Positions 1 through 9,458 are shown, numbered from the stretch's first letter. The stretch is 42,080 nucleotides of DNA from Solirubrobacterales bacterium (GCA_038200525.1 JBBPXW010000010.1:1-42080); one strand, 5' to 3'. A program made the numbers and translations. The notes: a model not told the origin generated them from the letters alone.

Positions 1-1
1 C

Positions 2-859
2 CTCGGCACCCATGCAACGGACACCCTGGCGGCCGGCGGAAAGCGCCTGCGGCCGATGCTCGTCGCGCTCTGCGGGGGCACCGGGGCGAGCCTCGCGAGG
101 GCCGGGGTCGCGGTCGAGCTGCTGCACATGGCCACCCTCGTGCACGACGACGTGCTCGATGGCGCGCAGCTGCGTCGCGGCGTGTCGACCGTCTTTGCCG
201 TCGGCGGCCGCGGTGCCGCCACCGCCACTGGTGACCTGCTCTTCTCGCGCGCCTTCGCCGAGCTTGCGGGCGCCGGGCGCGCCGATGCGGTTGGCGCCCT
301 GTCGGAGGCCTCGTCCGCCCTGGCCCGTGGTGAGCTGATGCAGCGCGCCGACGCGTGGTCTGGCTCGGTGACCGTGGAGCGCTACCTCGAGCGCTGCGAG
401 CTGAAGACGGCAAGCCTGTTCGCGGCGTCGTGCCGGCTGGGCGCCATGCTCGGCGACTGCCCGGAGCACGCCGAGGCGCTCGCGGGCTTCGGACGCAGGA
501 TCGGCCTCGCGTTCCAGATCCTCGACGACGTGCTCGACGTGTCCGGACCGGCGGAGCGCACCGGCAAGCACCGCGGTGCCGACCTGCTCGACGGGACCGT
601 GACCATGCCGCTGATCGTCGCCCGCGAGCGCGATGCGCAGCTCTGCGCAATGGATCTCAGGGCAGTCGTCTCAGGGCCCGCGCAGGCGGACGCCGTCTGT
701 GACCGGATCGCTCTGACCGGCGCTCTCGGTGAGAGCCGCGAGCGCGCGCTGATGCACGTGGCCGAGGCCAAGGCGGCGATGTCGGGCCTCGGCCTCGCCG
801 GCCACCGACTGGAAGCCCTCGGCCTCGTGGCCGACGGCGTGGTCGAGCGCTACGCCTAG
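2..859 (+). CDS. polyprenyl diphosphate synthase (trans-isoprenyl diphosphate synthase family), 5' end outside window
   Basis: Frame open from nt 2. Translation has GGKRLRP, first Asp-rich motif LVHDDVLDG and second motif FQILDDVLD. TAG stop at 857-859. Confidence 0.9.
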   Translation, partial: LGTHATDTLAAGGKRLRPMLVALCGGTGASLARAGVAVELLHMATLVHDDVLDGAQLRRGVSTVFAVGGRGAATATGDLLFSRAFAELAGAGRADAVGALSEASSALARGELMQRADAWSGSVTVERYLERCELKTASLFAASCRLGAMLGDCPEHAEALAGFGRRIGLAFQILDDVLDVSGPAERTGKHRGADLLDGTVTMPLIVARERDAQLCAMDLRAVVSGPAQADAVCDRIALTGALGESRERALMHVAEAKAAMSGLGLAGHRLEALGLVADGVVERYA

Positions 860-869
860 TGACCTGGGC

Positions 870-1298
870 CTAGAAGTCCTCGGGCAACAGGGCCCCGGCC
901 CGCAGCGCCCCGGCGAACCGATCGATCTCAGCAGCCATGTTCGCCCGCATCAGACGGCGGTAGTCCGCGGTGAGGGCCTCGGTTGCAGAGTCGAGCGCCT
1001 CGTCGAAGGCCTCGACGACGTCCTGGGCGAATATGCCCTGGCGCATCGTCTCGCACTCCGGGCAGCGGATCTCGACGGACCAGCTCTCCTCTCCGGCCTC
1101 CTCCCATGCGGTCGGGTAGGCCAGGAGCGAGCCGCACTCCCTGCATACATGCAGGTCGAGGTCTGGGTCGAGCACGGGCGCATGCCCATCATCGGCGTGC
1201 TCGCGGCCCTCGCCGAAGTACACGACCGCGATGGTCTTGCCGCTGGGCAGGACGACCTTCTCGATGTGCTGCTCGTCCGTCCGCTCACCGGGGTCCAT
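870..1298 (-). CDS. hypothetical zinc-ribbon protein (CxxC...CxxC)
   Basis: ORF 870..1337. Internal ATG at 1298 (MDPGERTDEQ) is preferred; GTG at 1337 is the alternative. Has the pairs CRECG and CPEC. No family recognised. Confidence 0.55.
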   Translation of the reverse strand: MDPGERTDEQHIEKVVLPSGKTIAVVYFGEGREHADDGHAPVLDPDLDLHVCRECGSLLAYPTAWEEAGEESWSVEIRCPECETMRQGIFAQDVVEAFDEALDSATEALTADYRRLMRANMAAEIDRFAGALRAGALLPEDF

Positions 1299-1357
1299 AG
1301 GTCGGTATCGGCACGCCCGCGGGGGACTTGAGACCACGTAGACTCCGCGGCGCCGTG

Positions 1358-1921
1358 GTGCTCAGCGACAGAACGATCCGGGCAGAGGTCGAATCCGGCC
1401 ACATAGTCATCGATCCGTTCGACCCGGGGCTCGTCCAGCCTTCGAGCGTGGACGTTCGCGTGGACAGCCGCTTCCGCGTGTTCCACAACGCCCGCTACAC
1501 CCACATCGACGTGCGCAAGCCTATGGATGACCTCACCGAGCTCGTCCAGGTGCGTGACGGCGACCCGTTCATCCTCCATCCAGGCGAGTTCGTGCTCGGT
1601 CAGACGCTCGAGCAGGTCACCCTGCCCGACGACCTCGTCGCAAGGCTCGAGGGCAAGAGCTCGCTCGGCCGGCTTGGCCTGCTCATCCACTCGACCGCCG
1701 GGTTCGTGGACAGCGGCTTCTCCGGCAACCTCACGCTGGAGCTCTCGAACGTGGCCAACCTGCCGATCACGATCTACGAGGGGATGCCCATCGGGCAGAT
1801 CTCGTTCATGCGGATGGACGGCCCCGTCGAGCACGCCTACGGATCGGCGGCCACGGGGAGCAAGTACCAGGGCCAGGCCGAGCCCACCCCGAGCCGTTTC
1901 CACGAGAACTTCAAGGACTAA
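1358..1921 (+). CDS. dcd: dCTP deaminase
   Basis: VLSDRTI... start at GTG 1358, in frame with track ORF 1328..1921. Motifs [42 protein letters not shown] are typical of Dcd. Confidence 0.9.
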   Translation: MLSDRTIRAEVESGHIVIDPFDPGLVQPSSVDVRVDSRFRVFHNARYTHIDVRKPMDDLTELVQVRDGDPFILHPGEFVLGQTLEQVTLPDDLVARLEGKSSLGRLGLLIHSTAGFVDSGFSGNLTLELSNVANLPITIYEGMPIGQISFMRMDGPVEHAYGSAATGSKYQGQAEPTPSRFHENFKD

Positions 1922-2046
1922 CGCGCCAGCGAGACTGATCCGCAGGGCGCTTCCTGGCGAAGACCTACCGACGCTAGAGTTCATCTTCGCGGCCGGCCTT
2001 TCCCTCTCAGGCGCGAGTCGCGCCCCCGACGTATTCAGGAGACATC

Positions 2047-2289
2047 ATGCCGCTCGGAGTAGGTCTTCCAGAGATCATCATCGTCCTCGTCATCGCGCTC
2101 GTCATCTTCGGCCCCAAGCGCCTTCCGGAGCTTGGCAAGTCGCTCGGCAGCGGGATGAAGTCCTTCAAGGAGTCGGTCACCAACGACGACGACGGAGACA
2201 AGAAGCTTTCCAAGGCCGAGGCAAAGCCCGAGCCCGTGCACGCCGAGAAGTCGGAGAAGACTCCGGCTCCAGGCGGCCAGAGCAGCTAG
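2047..2289 (+). CDS. tatA: twin-arginine translocase subunit TatA/E
   Basis: N-terminal TM helix followed by FGPKRLPELGKSLG and an acidic/lysine-rich tail. AGGAGA lies 5 nt upstream of the ATG. Confidence 0.9.
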   Translation: MPLGVGLPEIIIVLVIALVIFGPKRLPELGKSLGSGMKSFKESVTNDDDGDKKLSKAEAKPEPVHAEKSEKTPAPGGQSS

Positions 2290-2325
2290 GCCCCCACGGC
2301 CTCAGAAGCAGGAGTCCGCGGGCGC

Positions 2326-3084
2326 GTGCCGCGCTTTCGGCCCATCGACCACGAGGAGCGCCTGACGCTCGTCGACCATCTCGGCGAGCTCCGCTCCCGG
2401 CTGATCATCGCGATCTCCGCGTTCCTGGTGGCGTTCGCGCTTGCCTCATGGCAGAACCACGTCGTCCTGACGATCCTCAACAGGCCGCTGCCCGACAACC
2501 TCGACAAGCCGATCACCCTGGGGATCACCGAGCAGTTCACGACCACGCTGACCAACTCGGCGTACGCCGCGCTCCTGATCTCGCTGCCGATCGTCCTGTA
2601 CCAGCTGTACGCCTTCATCCTCCCGGCGTTCAGCCCGAAGGAACGCAGCGTGGCCAAGCCGCTGCTGTTCATGGTGCCCGTGCTGTTCATCATGGGCGTG
2701 GTCTTCTGCTACTTCGTGGTGCTTCCGGGCGCGATCAAGTTTCTGCTCAGCTTCAACAGCGACCAGTTCAACACCCAGGTCCGCGCGAAGGACTACTACA
2801 GCTTCACGACGTTGACGATGCTTGCGATGGGCATCGGCTTTCAGGTGCCCGTGGCCATCACCGCGGCGGTCAAGCTCGGGTTGACCACGCCCCAGAAGCT
2901 GCGCAATAACCGCCGCTACGCAATCCTCGTGATCGCCATTCTGGCGGCATTCCTGCCGACGATCGACCCGGTCACCCTGATCCTCGAGATGATCCCGCTC
3001 CTGCTGCTCTACGAGTTCAGCATCCTGCTGTCGGCCTACATGGTCAAGCCGGGGCCCGAGGTCGCCGAAGCCGAGGGCGGATAA
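2326..3084 (+). CDS. tatC: twin-arginine translocase subunit TatC
   Basis: LTLVDHLGELRSRLI start motif and six predicted TM segments. Directly downstream of tatA. GTG start. Confidence 0.9.
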   Translation: MPRFRPIDHEERLTLVDHLGELRSRLIIAISAFLVAFALASWQNHVVLTILNRPLPDNLDKPITLGITEQFTTTLTNSAYAALLISLPIVLYQLYAFILPAFSPKERSVAKPLLFMVPVLFIMGVVFCYFVVLPGAIKFLLSFNSDQFNTQVRAKDYYSFTTLTMLAMGIGFQVPVAITAAVKLGLTTPQKLRNNRRYAILVIAILAAFLPTIDPVTLILEMIPLLLLYEFSILLSAYMVKPGPEVAEAEGG

Positions 3085-3165
3085 GGGTCGCTCCGGGCCG
3101 GTGCGGTGCTCGCCCGGCCGGTGCCCGGGCTGCGCTTCACCCGCAGGCCGCTACTCTCCGGCGCC

Positions 3166-3843
3166 ATGCTTTTCGATCTTCAGGGCAAGCGCCGTCGCAC
3201 CGTTCAGGTCAGCTTCCTCCTGCTGGCGGTGATATTCGTGGTCGGCTTCGTCGGCGCCGGCATCGGAGGCGACGTCCAAGGCGGGATCTTCGACGCCTTC
3301 AAGGGCGGCAACGGCGGCTCCAGCAGCGGCAACAGCCTGATCGAGAAGCGCGTCAAGGCAAACGAGAAGAAGGTCAAGGCGAATCCGAGGAGTGCTGCGC
3401 TGCGCAAGACCCTTACGCGCGACTACTACCAGCTGGCCGTGGCCGGCGGCTCGGCGGACGGCACCTTCTCCGCCGACGCGAAGGCGGACTTGCGCAAGGC
3501 AGCCGCCAGCTGGCAGGCCTATCGAGCGCTCGAGCCAGCAAAGCCCGACGTCTCGCTGGCGCGGCTGGCCCTCCAGATCTACGACCCCGCCGCCCTCAAT
3601 CGCACCGAGGAGGCCAAGAACACGGCGCAGCTGATCGCCTCCCGCGAGAACAACGCGCCCGCCTACCTCGCCCTCGTGCAGTACGCGACGCTCGACAGCG
3701 ACACGCGGACGGCAGACCTGGCGGGTCAGAAGGCGCTGGATCTCGCCCCCAAGGCCCAGCAGAAGCAGGTGCGGGCCCAGATCAAGCAGCTCAAGATGCC
3801 CCCGGCGGCCGGTCAGGGCCAGGGAGCCGCGCCGTCGCAATAG
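3166..3843 (+). CDS. hypothetical membrane-anchored, helical (TPR-like) protein
   Basis: Start chosen at internal ATG (MLFDLQGKRRR) just before the single TM segment LLLAVIFVVGFVGAGIGG; track ORF begins at 3106. No family recognised. Confidence 0.55.
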   Translation: MLFDLQGKRRRTVQVSFLLLAVIFVVGFVGAGIGGDVQGGIFDAFKGGNGGSSSGNSLIEKRVKANEKKVKANPRSAALRKTLTRDYYQLAVAGGSADGTFSADAKADLRKAAASWQAYRALEPAKPDVSLARLALQIYDPAALNRTEEAKNTAQLIASRENNAPAYLALVQYATLDSDTRTADLAGQKALDLAPKAQQKQVRAQIKQLKMPPAAGQGQGAAPSQ

Positions 3844-3906
3844 CCCCAGGGCTTGACCGGTAACGTGCGAGAGGGGATCTCGGCGCCCGACGAGAAGAGG
3901 AGAGCA

Positions 3907-4266
3907 GTGAACTTCCACATCCAGGACGAGGAGATCGATGCGGAGACCCACGTCATCCAGCTCGGCGGCGAGATCGACCTCTACACGGCCCCCGAGTTCA
4001 AGGAGCGCATGGTCGAGCTCATCGAGGCAGGAAAGAATCACATCGTGGTCGATCTCTCCGAAGCCACCTTCATCGACTCCACCACGCTCGGCGTGCTCGT
4101 GGGCGGGGTCAAGCGCCTACGTCCCTCCGGCGGCGGCCTCGCGCTGGTCTGCACCGATCAGAACATCACGAAGATCTTCGAGATCACCGGCCTCGACCGC
4201 GTGTTCGGAATCCACCCCACCCGCGAAGAGGCGCTCGGCGCCATGAAGGCCGAGGCGGCCGACTAG
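3907..4266 (+). CDS. STAS-domain anti-sigma-factor antagonist (SpoIIAA/RsbV-like)
   Basis: GTG 3907 is preceded by GAAGAGGAGAG. Has GEIDLYTAPEFKE and the phospho-serine context DLSEATFIDSTTLGVL. Ends ITGLDRVFGIHPTREEAL. Confidence 0.85.
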   Translation: MNFHIQDEEIDAETHVIQLGGEIDLYTAPEFKERMVELIEAGKNHIVVDLSEATFIDSTTLGVLVGGVKRLRPSGGGLALVCTDQNITKIFEITGLDRVFGIHPTREEALGAMKAEAAD

Positions 4267-4286
4267 CCCGCTTCCCATCGACCTCC

Positions 4287-4292
4287 TACAAT
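4287..4292 (+). promoter_or_regulatory. possible -10 hexamer TACAAT upstream of tRNA-Lys
   Basis: TACAAT lies 37 nt before the tRNA 5' end. No convincing -35 seen. Confidence 0.25.
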
Positions 4293-4299
4293 GTCGCGG

Positions 4300-4319
4300 C
4301 GGGCCCGCATGCGGGCCCG
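4300..4319. repeat. perfect 20-nt palindrome CGGGCCCGCATGCGGGCCCG (hairpin; possible terminator of the STAS gene or tRNA leader structure)
   Basis: Each half is the exact reverse complement of the other. Lies between the STAS stop (4266) and the tRNA start (4330). Confidence 0.6.
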
Positions 4320-4329
4320 GAATCATCCA

Positions 4330-4402
4330 GGGCCGTTAGCTCAGTTGGTAGAGCAGGAGACTCTTAATCTCAAGGTCGAAGGTTCGAGCCCTTCACGGCC
4401 CA
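4330..4402 (+). tRNA. tRNA-Lys (anticodon CTT)
   Basis: Acceptor GGGCCGT/ACGGCCC. D arm AGCTCAGTTGGTAGAGC. Anticodon loop CTCTTAA. T arm GAAGG-TTCGAGC-CCTTC. Discriminator A. CCA not encoded. Confidence 0.95.
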
Positions 4403-4452
4403 TCGTGGGAGCTTGACCGTGCAATCTCTGCCGGCCTGACACCATTGCTCCC

Positions 4453-5247
4453 GTGAGTGACGAGCTGGCGATGCTGGACGGGACCGTGGCCGCAGCGACG
4501 GAGACGTTCCTGCCGGTGACCGACGATGGGTTCATCCGCGGCGACGGCGTGTTCGAGGTCATGCGCGTCTATGGCGGGGTCCCGTTCCTGCTGGAGGAGC
4601 ATCTCGATCGCATGGAGATCTCTGCGGCCAACCTGCGCCTCGAGGGGGGCGTGCCGCGGGGGATCATCACTCGGGAGGTCGATGCCCTGCTTGCCGAGCG
4701 CGATGGCGGGGGGTTCGACGGCTGCCTGCGCCTGGTGCTCACCCGTGGTGGCCGGCGGCTGCTGGTGACCGAGCCGTTGCCCCGGCCGCCGGAGCGTCTG
4801 CGCATGGCGTACGTGACCTACGCGCCGACGCGGGTGCTCGACGGCGTGAAGTCCCTCTCCTATGCGGCGAACATGCTGTGTACACGGATCGCACGTGATC
4901 GCGGCTTCGACGAGGCCCTGATGGTCACGCCGCATGGGCGGGTGTTGGAGGCACCGACGTCGTCGCTGTTCTGGGCAGACGTCGACGGGTCGTTGTGCAC
5001 GACGCCGCTGTCCGAGCACATACTCGCCTCGCTCACCCGCGCGCACCTGATGGACATTCTGGAGGTGAAGGAGCGGACGATCACCTCCGAGCAGCTGCTC
5101 GAGGTGCCCGAGGCCTTCATCGCGTCCACGACGCGCGAGGTGCATTCCATCGCGGCGATCGAGGACATCGCGTTCCCGGAGACCGGAGAGGTCACGCGCA
5201 AGGCGGCTGCAGCGTTTCGTGCGCACGCCGACTCGCTGATGGCCTAG
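4453..5247 (+). CDS. class IV (fold type IV) PLP aminotransferase / aminodeoxychorismate-lyase-like
   Basis: Motifs GDGVFEVMRVY, EHLDRMEISA, catalytic-Lys context GVKSLSYAANML and EALMVTPHGRVLEAPTSSLF. ATG at 4471 is an alternative start. Confidence 0.8.
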   Translation: MSDELAMLDGTVAAATETFLPVTDDGFIRGDGVFEVMRVYGGVPFLLEEHLDRMEISAANLRLEGGVPRGIITREVDALLAERDGGGFDGCLRLVLTRGGRRLLVTEPLPRPPERLRMAYVTYAPTRVLDGVKSLSYAANMLCTRIARDRGFDEALMVTPHGRVLEAPTSSLFWADVDGSLCTTPLSEHILASLTRAHLMDILEVKERTITSEQLLEVPEAFIASTTREVHSIAAIEDIAFPETGEVTRKAAAAFRAHADSLMA

Positions 5248-5250
5248 CTG

Positions 5251-5394
5251 CTAGCTCGAGGGCTCGCCGGGCTCGTCCCTGGCCGTGCCGTCCATCTGGT
5301 AGCGCAGCCACCAGCGGGCGTGACCCACGACGTCGCCGCCGGCTGCGAGCACAGCGGCTGCGCCGCTCAATAGCTTCTTAAGGGTTCCCACCAT
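5251..5394 (-). CDS. candidate 47-aa small ORF filling the aminotransferase-wecB spacer
   Basis: MVGTLKKLLSGAAAVLAAGGDVVGHARWWLRYQMDGTARDEPGEPSS. Hand-counted codon-position GC is about 70/55/85%. No SD. Its ATG shares a CATG with the wecB ATG. Confidence 0.2.
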   Translation of the reverse strand: MVGTLKKLLSGAAAVLAAGGDVVGHARWWLRYQMDGTARDEPGEPSS

Positions 5395-6472
5395 GCGTAT
5401 CTTGACCGTCATCGGCAATCGACCGCAGTTCGTCAAGGCGGCCGCCGTCTCGCGCCTGCTGCGCGAGAGCCAGGAGGAGTTCCTCGTCCACACTGGCCAG
5501 CACTACGACGACGAGCTGTCGCGCGTGTTCTTCGACGAGCTCGAGGTGCCCGCCCCCGACCGCCAGCTCGATGCCGGAGGGGGCTCCAACACCAGGCAGA
5601 CGGCTCGCATTCTCGGTCTCCTCGAGCCGATGATCGCCCAGGTGCAGCCCGATCTGCTGCTGGTGTACGGCGACACCAACTCGACGCTGGCGGGGGCCCT
5701 GGCCGCCGCCCAGGCACGGGTGCCCGTCGCCCACGTGGAGGCGGGCATGCGCTCCTTCGACCGCGCGATGCCCGAGGAGCTCAACCGCGTGCTGACCGAT
5801 CACGCGAGCGACCTGCTGCTGTGCTCCACCGACACTGCGGTGACCAACCTCGAGCGCGAGAGCGTGCCGGGCGAGACCCACCTGGTCGGTGACGTGATGG
5901 CCGACGTCTCGCTCCACTTCGGCCCGATCGCGCGCGAGCGCTCCACCGTGTTCGACGAGCTTCGACTCGAGTCGGGTGGGTACCTGCTGGCCACCGCGCA
6001 CCGTGCCGGCAATGTGGACGAGCCGGACCGTCTCGAGCTGCTCGTGGAGCTGCTGGAGGCGCTCACCGAGGTCTGCGTCCTCCCGCTGCACCCGCGCACC
6101 GCCGCGCGACTCGCGGAGTTCGATCTGCGCGCGCGGCTCGACGCCGCTCCGCACCTGCGGCTGTTGCCACCACTCGGATACCTCGACTTCATGCGCCTTG
6201 CGATGGACGCCCGCGCCGTGCTCTCAGACTCCGGCGGCGTGCAGAAGGAGGCCTATCTGCTCGGCGTGCCGTGCGTGACCCTGCGTGAGACCACGGAGTG
6301 GGTCGAGACCGTCGAGGCGGGTTGGAACACCTTGGTGGGCCTCGATCGCTCCGCCGCGCTCGCCGCGCTCGGCGCGAGACGCCCGCCGCAGGAGCGGCCT
6401 GAGCTTTACGGTGGCGGCCACGCAGCGGAGCGGATCGTCGCGGCCATCTCGGCTTACACTGCCGGGCCATGA
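5393..6472 (+). CDS. wecB: UDP-N-acetylglucosamine 2-epimerase (non-hydrolysing, WecB/MnaA/WbpI-like)
   Basis: Motifs MRILTVIGNRPQFVK, HTGQHYD, GDTNSTLAGALAA, HVEAGMRSFDRAMPEELNR and DSGGVQKEA. Confidence 0.9.
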   Translation: MRILTVIGNRPQFVKAAAVSRLLRESQEEFLVHTGQHYDDELSRVFFDELEVPAPDRQLDAGGGSNTRQTARILGLLEPMIAQVQPDLLLVYGDTNSTLAGALAAAQARVPVAHVEAGMRSFDRAMPEELNRVLTDHASDLLLCSTDTAVTNLERESVPGETHLVGDVMADVSLHFGPIARERSTVFDELRLESGGYLLATAHRAGNVDEPDRLELLVELLEALTEVCVLPLHPRTAARLAEFDLRARLDAAPHLRLLPPLGYLDFMRLAMDARAVLSDSGGVQKEAYLLGVPCVTLRETTEWVETVEAGWNTLVGLDRSAALAALGARRPPQERPELYGGGHAAERIVAAISAYTAGP

Positions 6473-6506
6473 GTCGTCAGAGCCGGTCGGCGAGAGGGGT
6501 GGCCCG

Positions 6507-7754
6507 ATGAAGGTCGGAGTCATCGGCATGGGCTACGTGGGTCTTCCGCTCGCCCTCGCGTTCGCGGAGGAGGGCCACACCGTGGTCGGCGTGGATACCG
6601 ATGCGCGCAAGACGGATGCGCTCAACTCGTCCGAGAGCTACATCGAGGACGTCTCGAACGAGCGGCTGGCTGCGATCGCCGATCGCTTCAGTGCGGGAAC
6701 GCGTTACGCCGAGCTCGCCGACGCCGACGCCGTGCTCATCGCTGTGCCGACGCCCCTGACCCGCAACCGTGAGCCGGATCTCGGTCCGCTCCTCTCGGCG
6801 GGCGCCTCGCTGTCCGGCGTGCTCCGCGCCGGTCAGCTGGTGGTGCTCGAGTCGACCACCTATCCGGGCACCACGCGCGAGCAGCTCGTGCCGCTGCTCG
6901 AGGAGTCGGGACTTGCAGCGGGCCGGGACTTCAATGTGGCCTTCTCTCCCGAGCGGATCGATCCGGGTCGCACGGATTACACGATGCGCAACACCCCGAA
7001 GGTGGTGGGCGGCCTCACCGACGCGTGCCTTGAACGGGCGGTGGCGCTGTACGAGCTCGTGTGCGACGACGTCGTCCAGGTCTCGGGTCCCGAGCCGGCC
7101 GAGCTGTCCAAGCTGCTCGAGAACGTCTTCCGCTCGGTGAACATCGCGCTGGTCAACGAGCTCGCCATGTTGTGCGAGCGGATGGACATCGACGTGTGGG
7201 AGGTGGTGGAGGCGGCTGCGACCAAGCCGTACGGCTTCATGCGGTTCAGTCCGGGCCCGGGCATGGGAGGCCACTGCCTGCCCGTGGATCCCTTCTACCT
7301 CGCGTGGAAGGCACGCGAGTACGGACAGCCCACCGAGTTCGTCGAGCTGGCAGGCGAGGTCAACCAGCGCATGCCGGAGTTCTGCGTCGAGCTGATCGCC
7401 CACGCGCTCAACGACCACTCGAAGGCTGTGCGAGGCTCGCGGATAGCGATCCTCGGCGTCTCGTACAAGCCCGGCGTCGGCGATCTGCGCGAGTCGCCGG
7501 GCCTGAAGATCATGAAGATGCTCGACGCGATGGGGGCCGAGTTGGTCTATCACGATGACTTCGTGACGGAGCTGAGCGACTTCGAGCTGGAGAGCGACCC
7601 ACTCGACGTGGTGCTCCAGGACGCCGACTGCGCGGTCATCGTGACCGCCCATCCGGGCCTCGACGTGCAGGCCGTGGTGGACGGCGCGCCGTCGGTGGTC
7701 GACCTCAGAGGAGCCACGCGGGGGATGAAGTCGACGCACGTGGTCCGCCTGTGA
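6507..7754 (+). CDS. nucleotide-sugar 6-dehydrogenase (UDP-ManNAc/UDP-GlcNAc dehydrogenase, WecC/WbpA-like)
   Basis: Start moved to ATG 6507 (MKVGVIGMGYVGLPLA Rossmann motif). Has ELSKLLENVFRSVNIALVNE and the catalytic-Cys context GPGMGGHCLPVDP. Confidence 0.9.
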   Translation: MKVGVIGMGYVGLPLALAFAEEGHTVVGVDTDARKTDALNSSESYIEDVSNERLAAIADRFSAGTRYAELADADAVLIAVPTPLTRNREPDLGPLLSAGASLSGVLRAGQLVVLESTTYPGTTREQLVPLLEESGLAAGRDFNVAFSPERIDPGRTDYTMRNTPKVVGGLTDACLERAVALYELVCDDVVQVSGPEPAELSKLLENVFRSVNIALVNELAMLCERMDIDVWEVVEAAATKPYGFMRFSPGPGMGGHCLPVDPFYLAWKAREYGQPTEFVELAGEVNQRMPEFCVELIAHALNDHSKAVRGSRIAILGVSYKPGVGDLRESPGLKIMKMLDAMGAELVYHDDFVTELSDFELESDPLDVVLQDADCAVIVTAHPGLDVQAVVDGAPSVVDLRGATRGMKSTHVVRL

Positions 7755-8764
7755 GTGTGTCTAACGCAGCGGTGAGGATCGGGGTCGTCGGCCTCGGCTA
7801 CTGGGGGCCCAACCTCGCACGCAACTTCGATCGGCTGCCAGACGCCCAGCTGGCCTGGATCTGCGACGCCGACGATGAGACGCGGACCAAGCTCGGCGCG
7901 GCCGTCCCCGAGGCGCGCGCGACCTCCGACCTCGACGAGCTGCTCGGTGACGCCGATCTCGATGCCGTCGCTGTGGCCACGCCCGTGCCCACGCACGCGG
8001 TGCTCGCAGAGCGCGTGCTGGCCGCCGGCAAGCACTGCTTCGTCGAGAAGCCCCTGGCGCAGTCGGCGGCGGACGCCGAACGGGTGGTCGAGGCCGCCAG
8101 GTCGGCCGGGCGCACGCTCATGGTCGGGCACCTGCTCGAGTACCACCCGGGTCTCGAGATGTTGAACGATCTCGCATCCAGCGGCCAGCTCGGAGACATC
8201 CACTACGTCTATGGCAACCGACTGAACCTGGGCAAGCTGCGCGCCGAGGAAAACGCCCTCTGGAGTCTCGGCGCCCACGACGTGTCGGTGCTCCTCCGCC
8301 TGGCTGGGGAGGAGCCTTACGAGCTGACGGCCACCGGTGAGTCCTACATGCGGCCCGGTGTCGAGGACGTGGTGTTCTGCTTCCTGCGTTTCCCGTCTGG
8401 GCTGGCCGCCCATCTGCATCTGTCGTGGCTCGATCCGCACAAGGAGCGCCGCTTCACGGTGGTCGGCTCAAAGAAGATGGCCACCTTCGACGACATGGAG
8501 CTCGAGCGCAAGCTCACGATCTATGACAAGGGCTTTGACCAGGACGCCTCATCCTATGGCGAGTACATCACCCGCTCGGGCGACATCTACAGTCCGAGGA
8601 TTCCCAACCAGGAGCCGCTGAGGATCGAGTGCCAGCATTTCGTCGATCGCATCCGAGACGGCACACCGCCGCGCTCGGACGGCGAGAGCGGATTGCGCGT
8701 GGTGCGAGTGCTCGAGAAGCTGCAGCGGTCGCTGGACGAGAGTCGACGTGCTCAGCCCGTCTGA
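7751..8764 (+). CDS. Gfo/Idh/MocA-family NAD-dependent oxidoreductase (WbpB-like sugar 3-oxidase candidate)
   Basis: VRIGVVGLGYWGPNLARNF Rossmann motif and HCFVEKPLA motif. GTG overlaps the upstream TGA (GTGA). Confidence 0.85.
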   Translation: MSVSNAAVRIGVVGLGYWGPNLARNFDRLPDAQLAWICDADDETRTKLGAAVPEARATSDLDELLGDADLDAVAVATPVPTHAVLAERVLAAGKHCFVEKPLAQSAADAERVVEAARSAGRTLMVGHLLEYHPGLEMLNDLASSGQLGDIHYVYGNRLNLGKLRAEENALWSLGAHDVSVLLRLAGEEPYELTATGESYMRPGVEDVVFCFLRFPSGLAAHLHLSWLDPHKERRFTVVGSKKMATFDDMELERKLTIYDKGFDQDASSYGEYITRSGDIYSPRIPNQEPLRIECQHFVDRIRDGTPPRSDGESGLRVVRVLEKLQRSLDESRRAQPV

Positions 8765-9458
8765 CCGAGCGCCCGGGCTGCTCCTGGGCGACGGCGTGCA
8801 GATCCCGAGGATCGCCGACATCGGCGGCCACGTGGTGGTGCACGCCGGAGTGCTGCTCGGCCACGGCGTGTCGGTGCAGGACGGCGTGGTGATCGGCAAG
8901 CCGTTGGCCCTAGGACCGCAGTCCAACGCATCCGCGGAGCCGAGCCCGCTCACCCAGATCGGCGACGGGTCCACCCTGTGTGCCGGCGCGGTGATCGTCG
9001 CGGGAGCCACCGTCGGCGCGGGGTCGGTGATCGGGGACCAGTCGCAGGTGCGAGAGCGCGCCGTGATCGGCGAGCGCACGGTGATCGGGCGCGGCACCGC
9101 CGTCGACAACGACGTGACCGTCGGGGACCGTGTTCGCGTGCAGAGCAACTGCTACCTGACCGCCCACTCGACGATCGAGGACGATGTGTTCGTCGCACCA
9201 GGCGTGACGTTGACCAACGACCACACCATGGGTCGCCACGGACCGGACCACCAGCTGCGGGGAGCCACGCTGCGGCGTGCGTGCCGAGTGGGTGGAGGCG
9301 CGGTGCTCGTGCCCGGGATCGAGATCGGCGAGGAGGCGTTCGTGGCAGCGGGCGCGGTCGTCACGCGCGACGTGCCCGCACGCACCGTGGTGATGGGCGT
9401 GCCGGCCCGTGAGGTGCGCACGGTGCCCGACGGGGACGTGCTGGAGCGGTGGCGCTAG
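8748..9458 (+). CDS. left-handed beta-helix (hexapeptide-repeat) acetyltransferase, WbpD-like candidate
   Basis: Repeated [LIV]G-x4 hexapeptides throughout (IGDGSTLCAGAVIVAGATVGAGSVIGDQSQV...). Overlaps the upstream gene by 17 nt. Confidence 0.8.
   Translation: MLSPSDRAPGLLLGDGVQIPRIADIGGHVVVHAGVLLGHGVSVQDGVVIGKPLALGPQSNASAEPSPLTQIGDGSTLCAGAVIVAGATVGAGSVIGDQSQVRERAVIGERTVIGRGTAVDNDVTVGDRVRVQSNCYLTAHSTIEDDVFVAPGVTLTNDHTMGRHGPDHQLRGATLRRACRVGGGAVLVPGIEIGEEAFVAAGAVVTRDVPARTVVMGVPAREVRTVPDGDVLERWR

Noticed and set aside
950-1984. 344-aa minus-strand ORF
   Set aside because: It is antisense to dcd and off-frame through the zinc-ribbon gene. No motifs.
4453-5247. Class IV aminotransferase as the missing WbpE-type sugar aminotransferase
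   Set aside because: Sugar aminotransferases of this pathway are fold-type I (DegT family). This protein has fold-type IV BCAT/ADC-lyase motifs and is separated from the operon by 145 nt. There is no sequence support for the idea.
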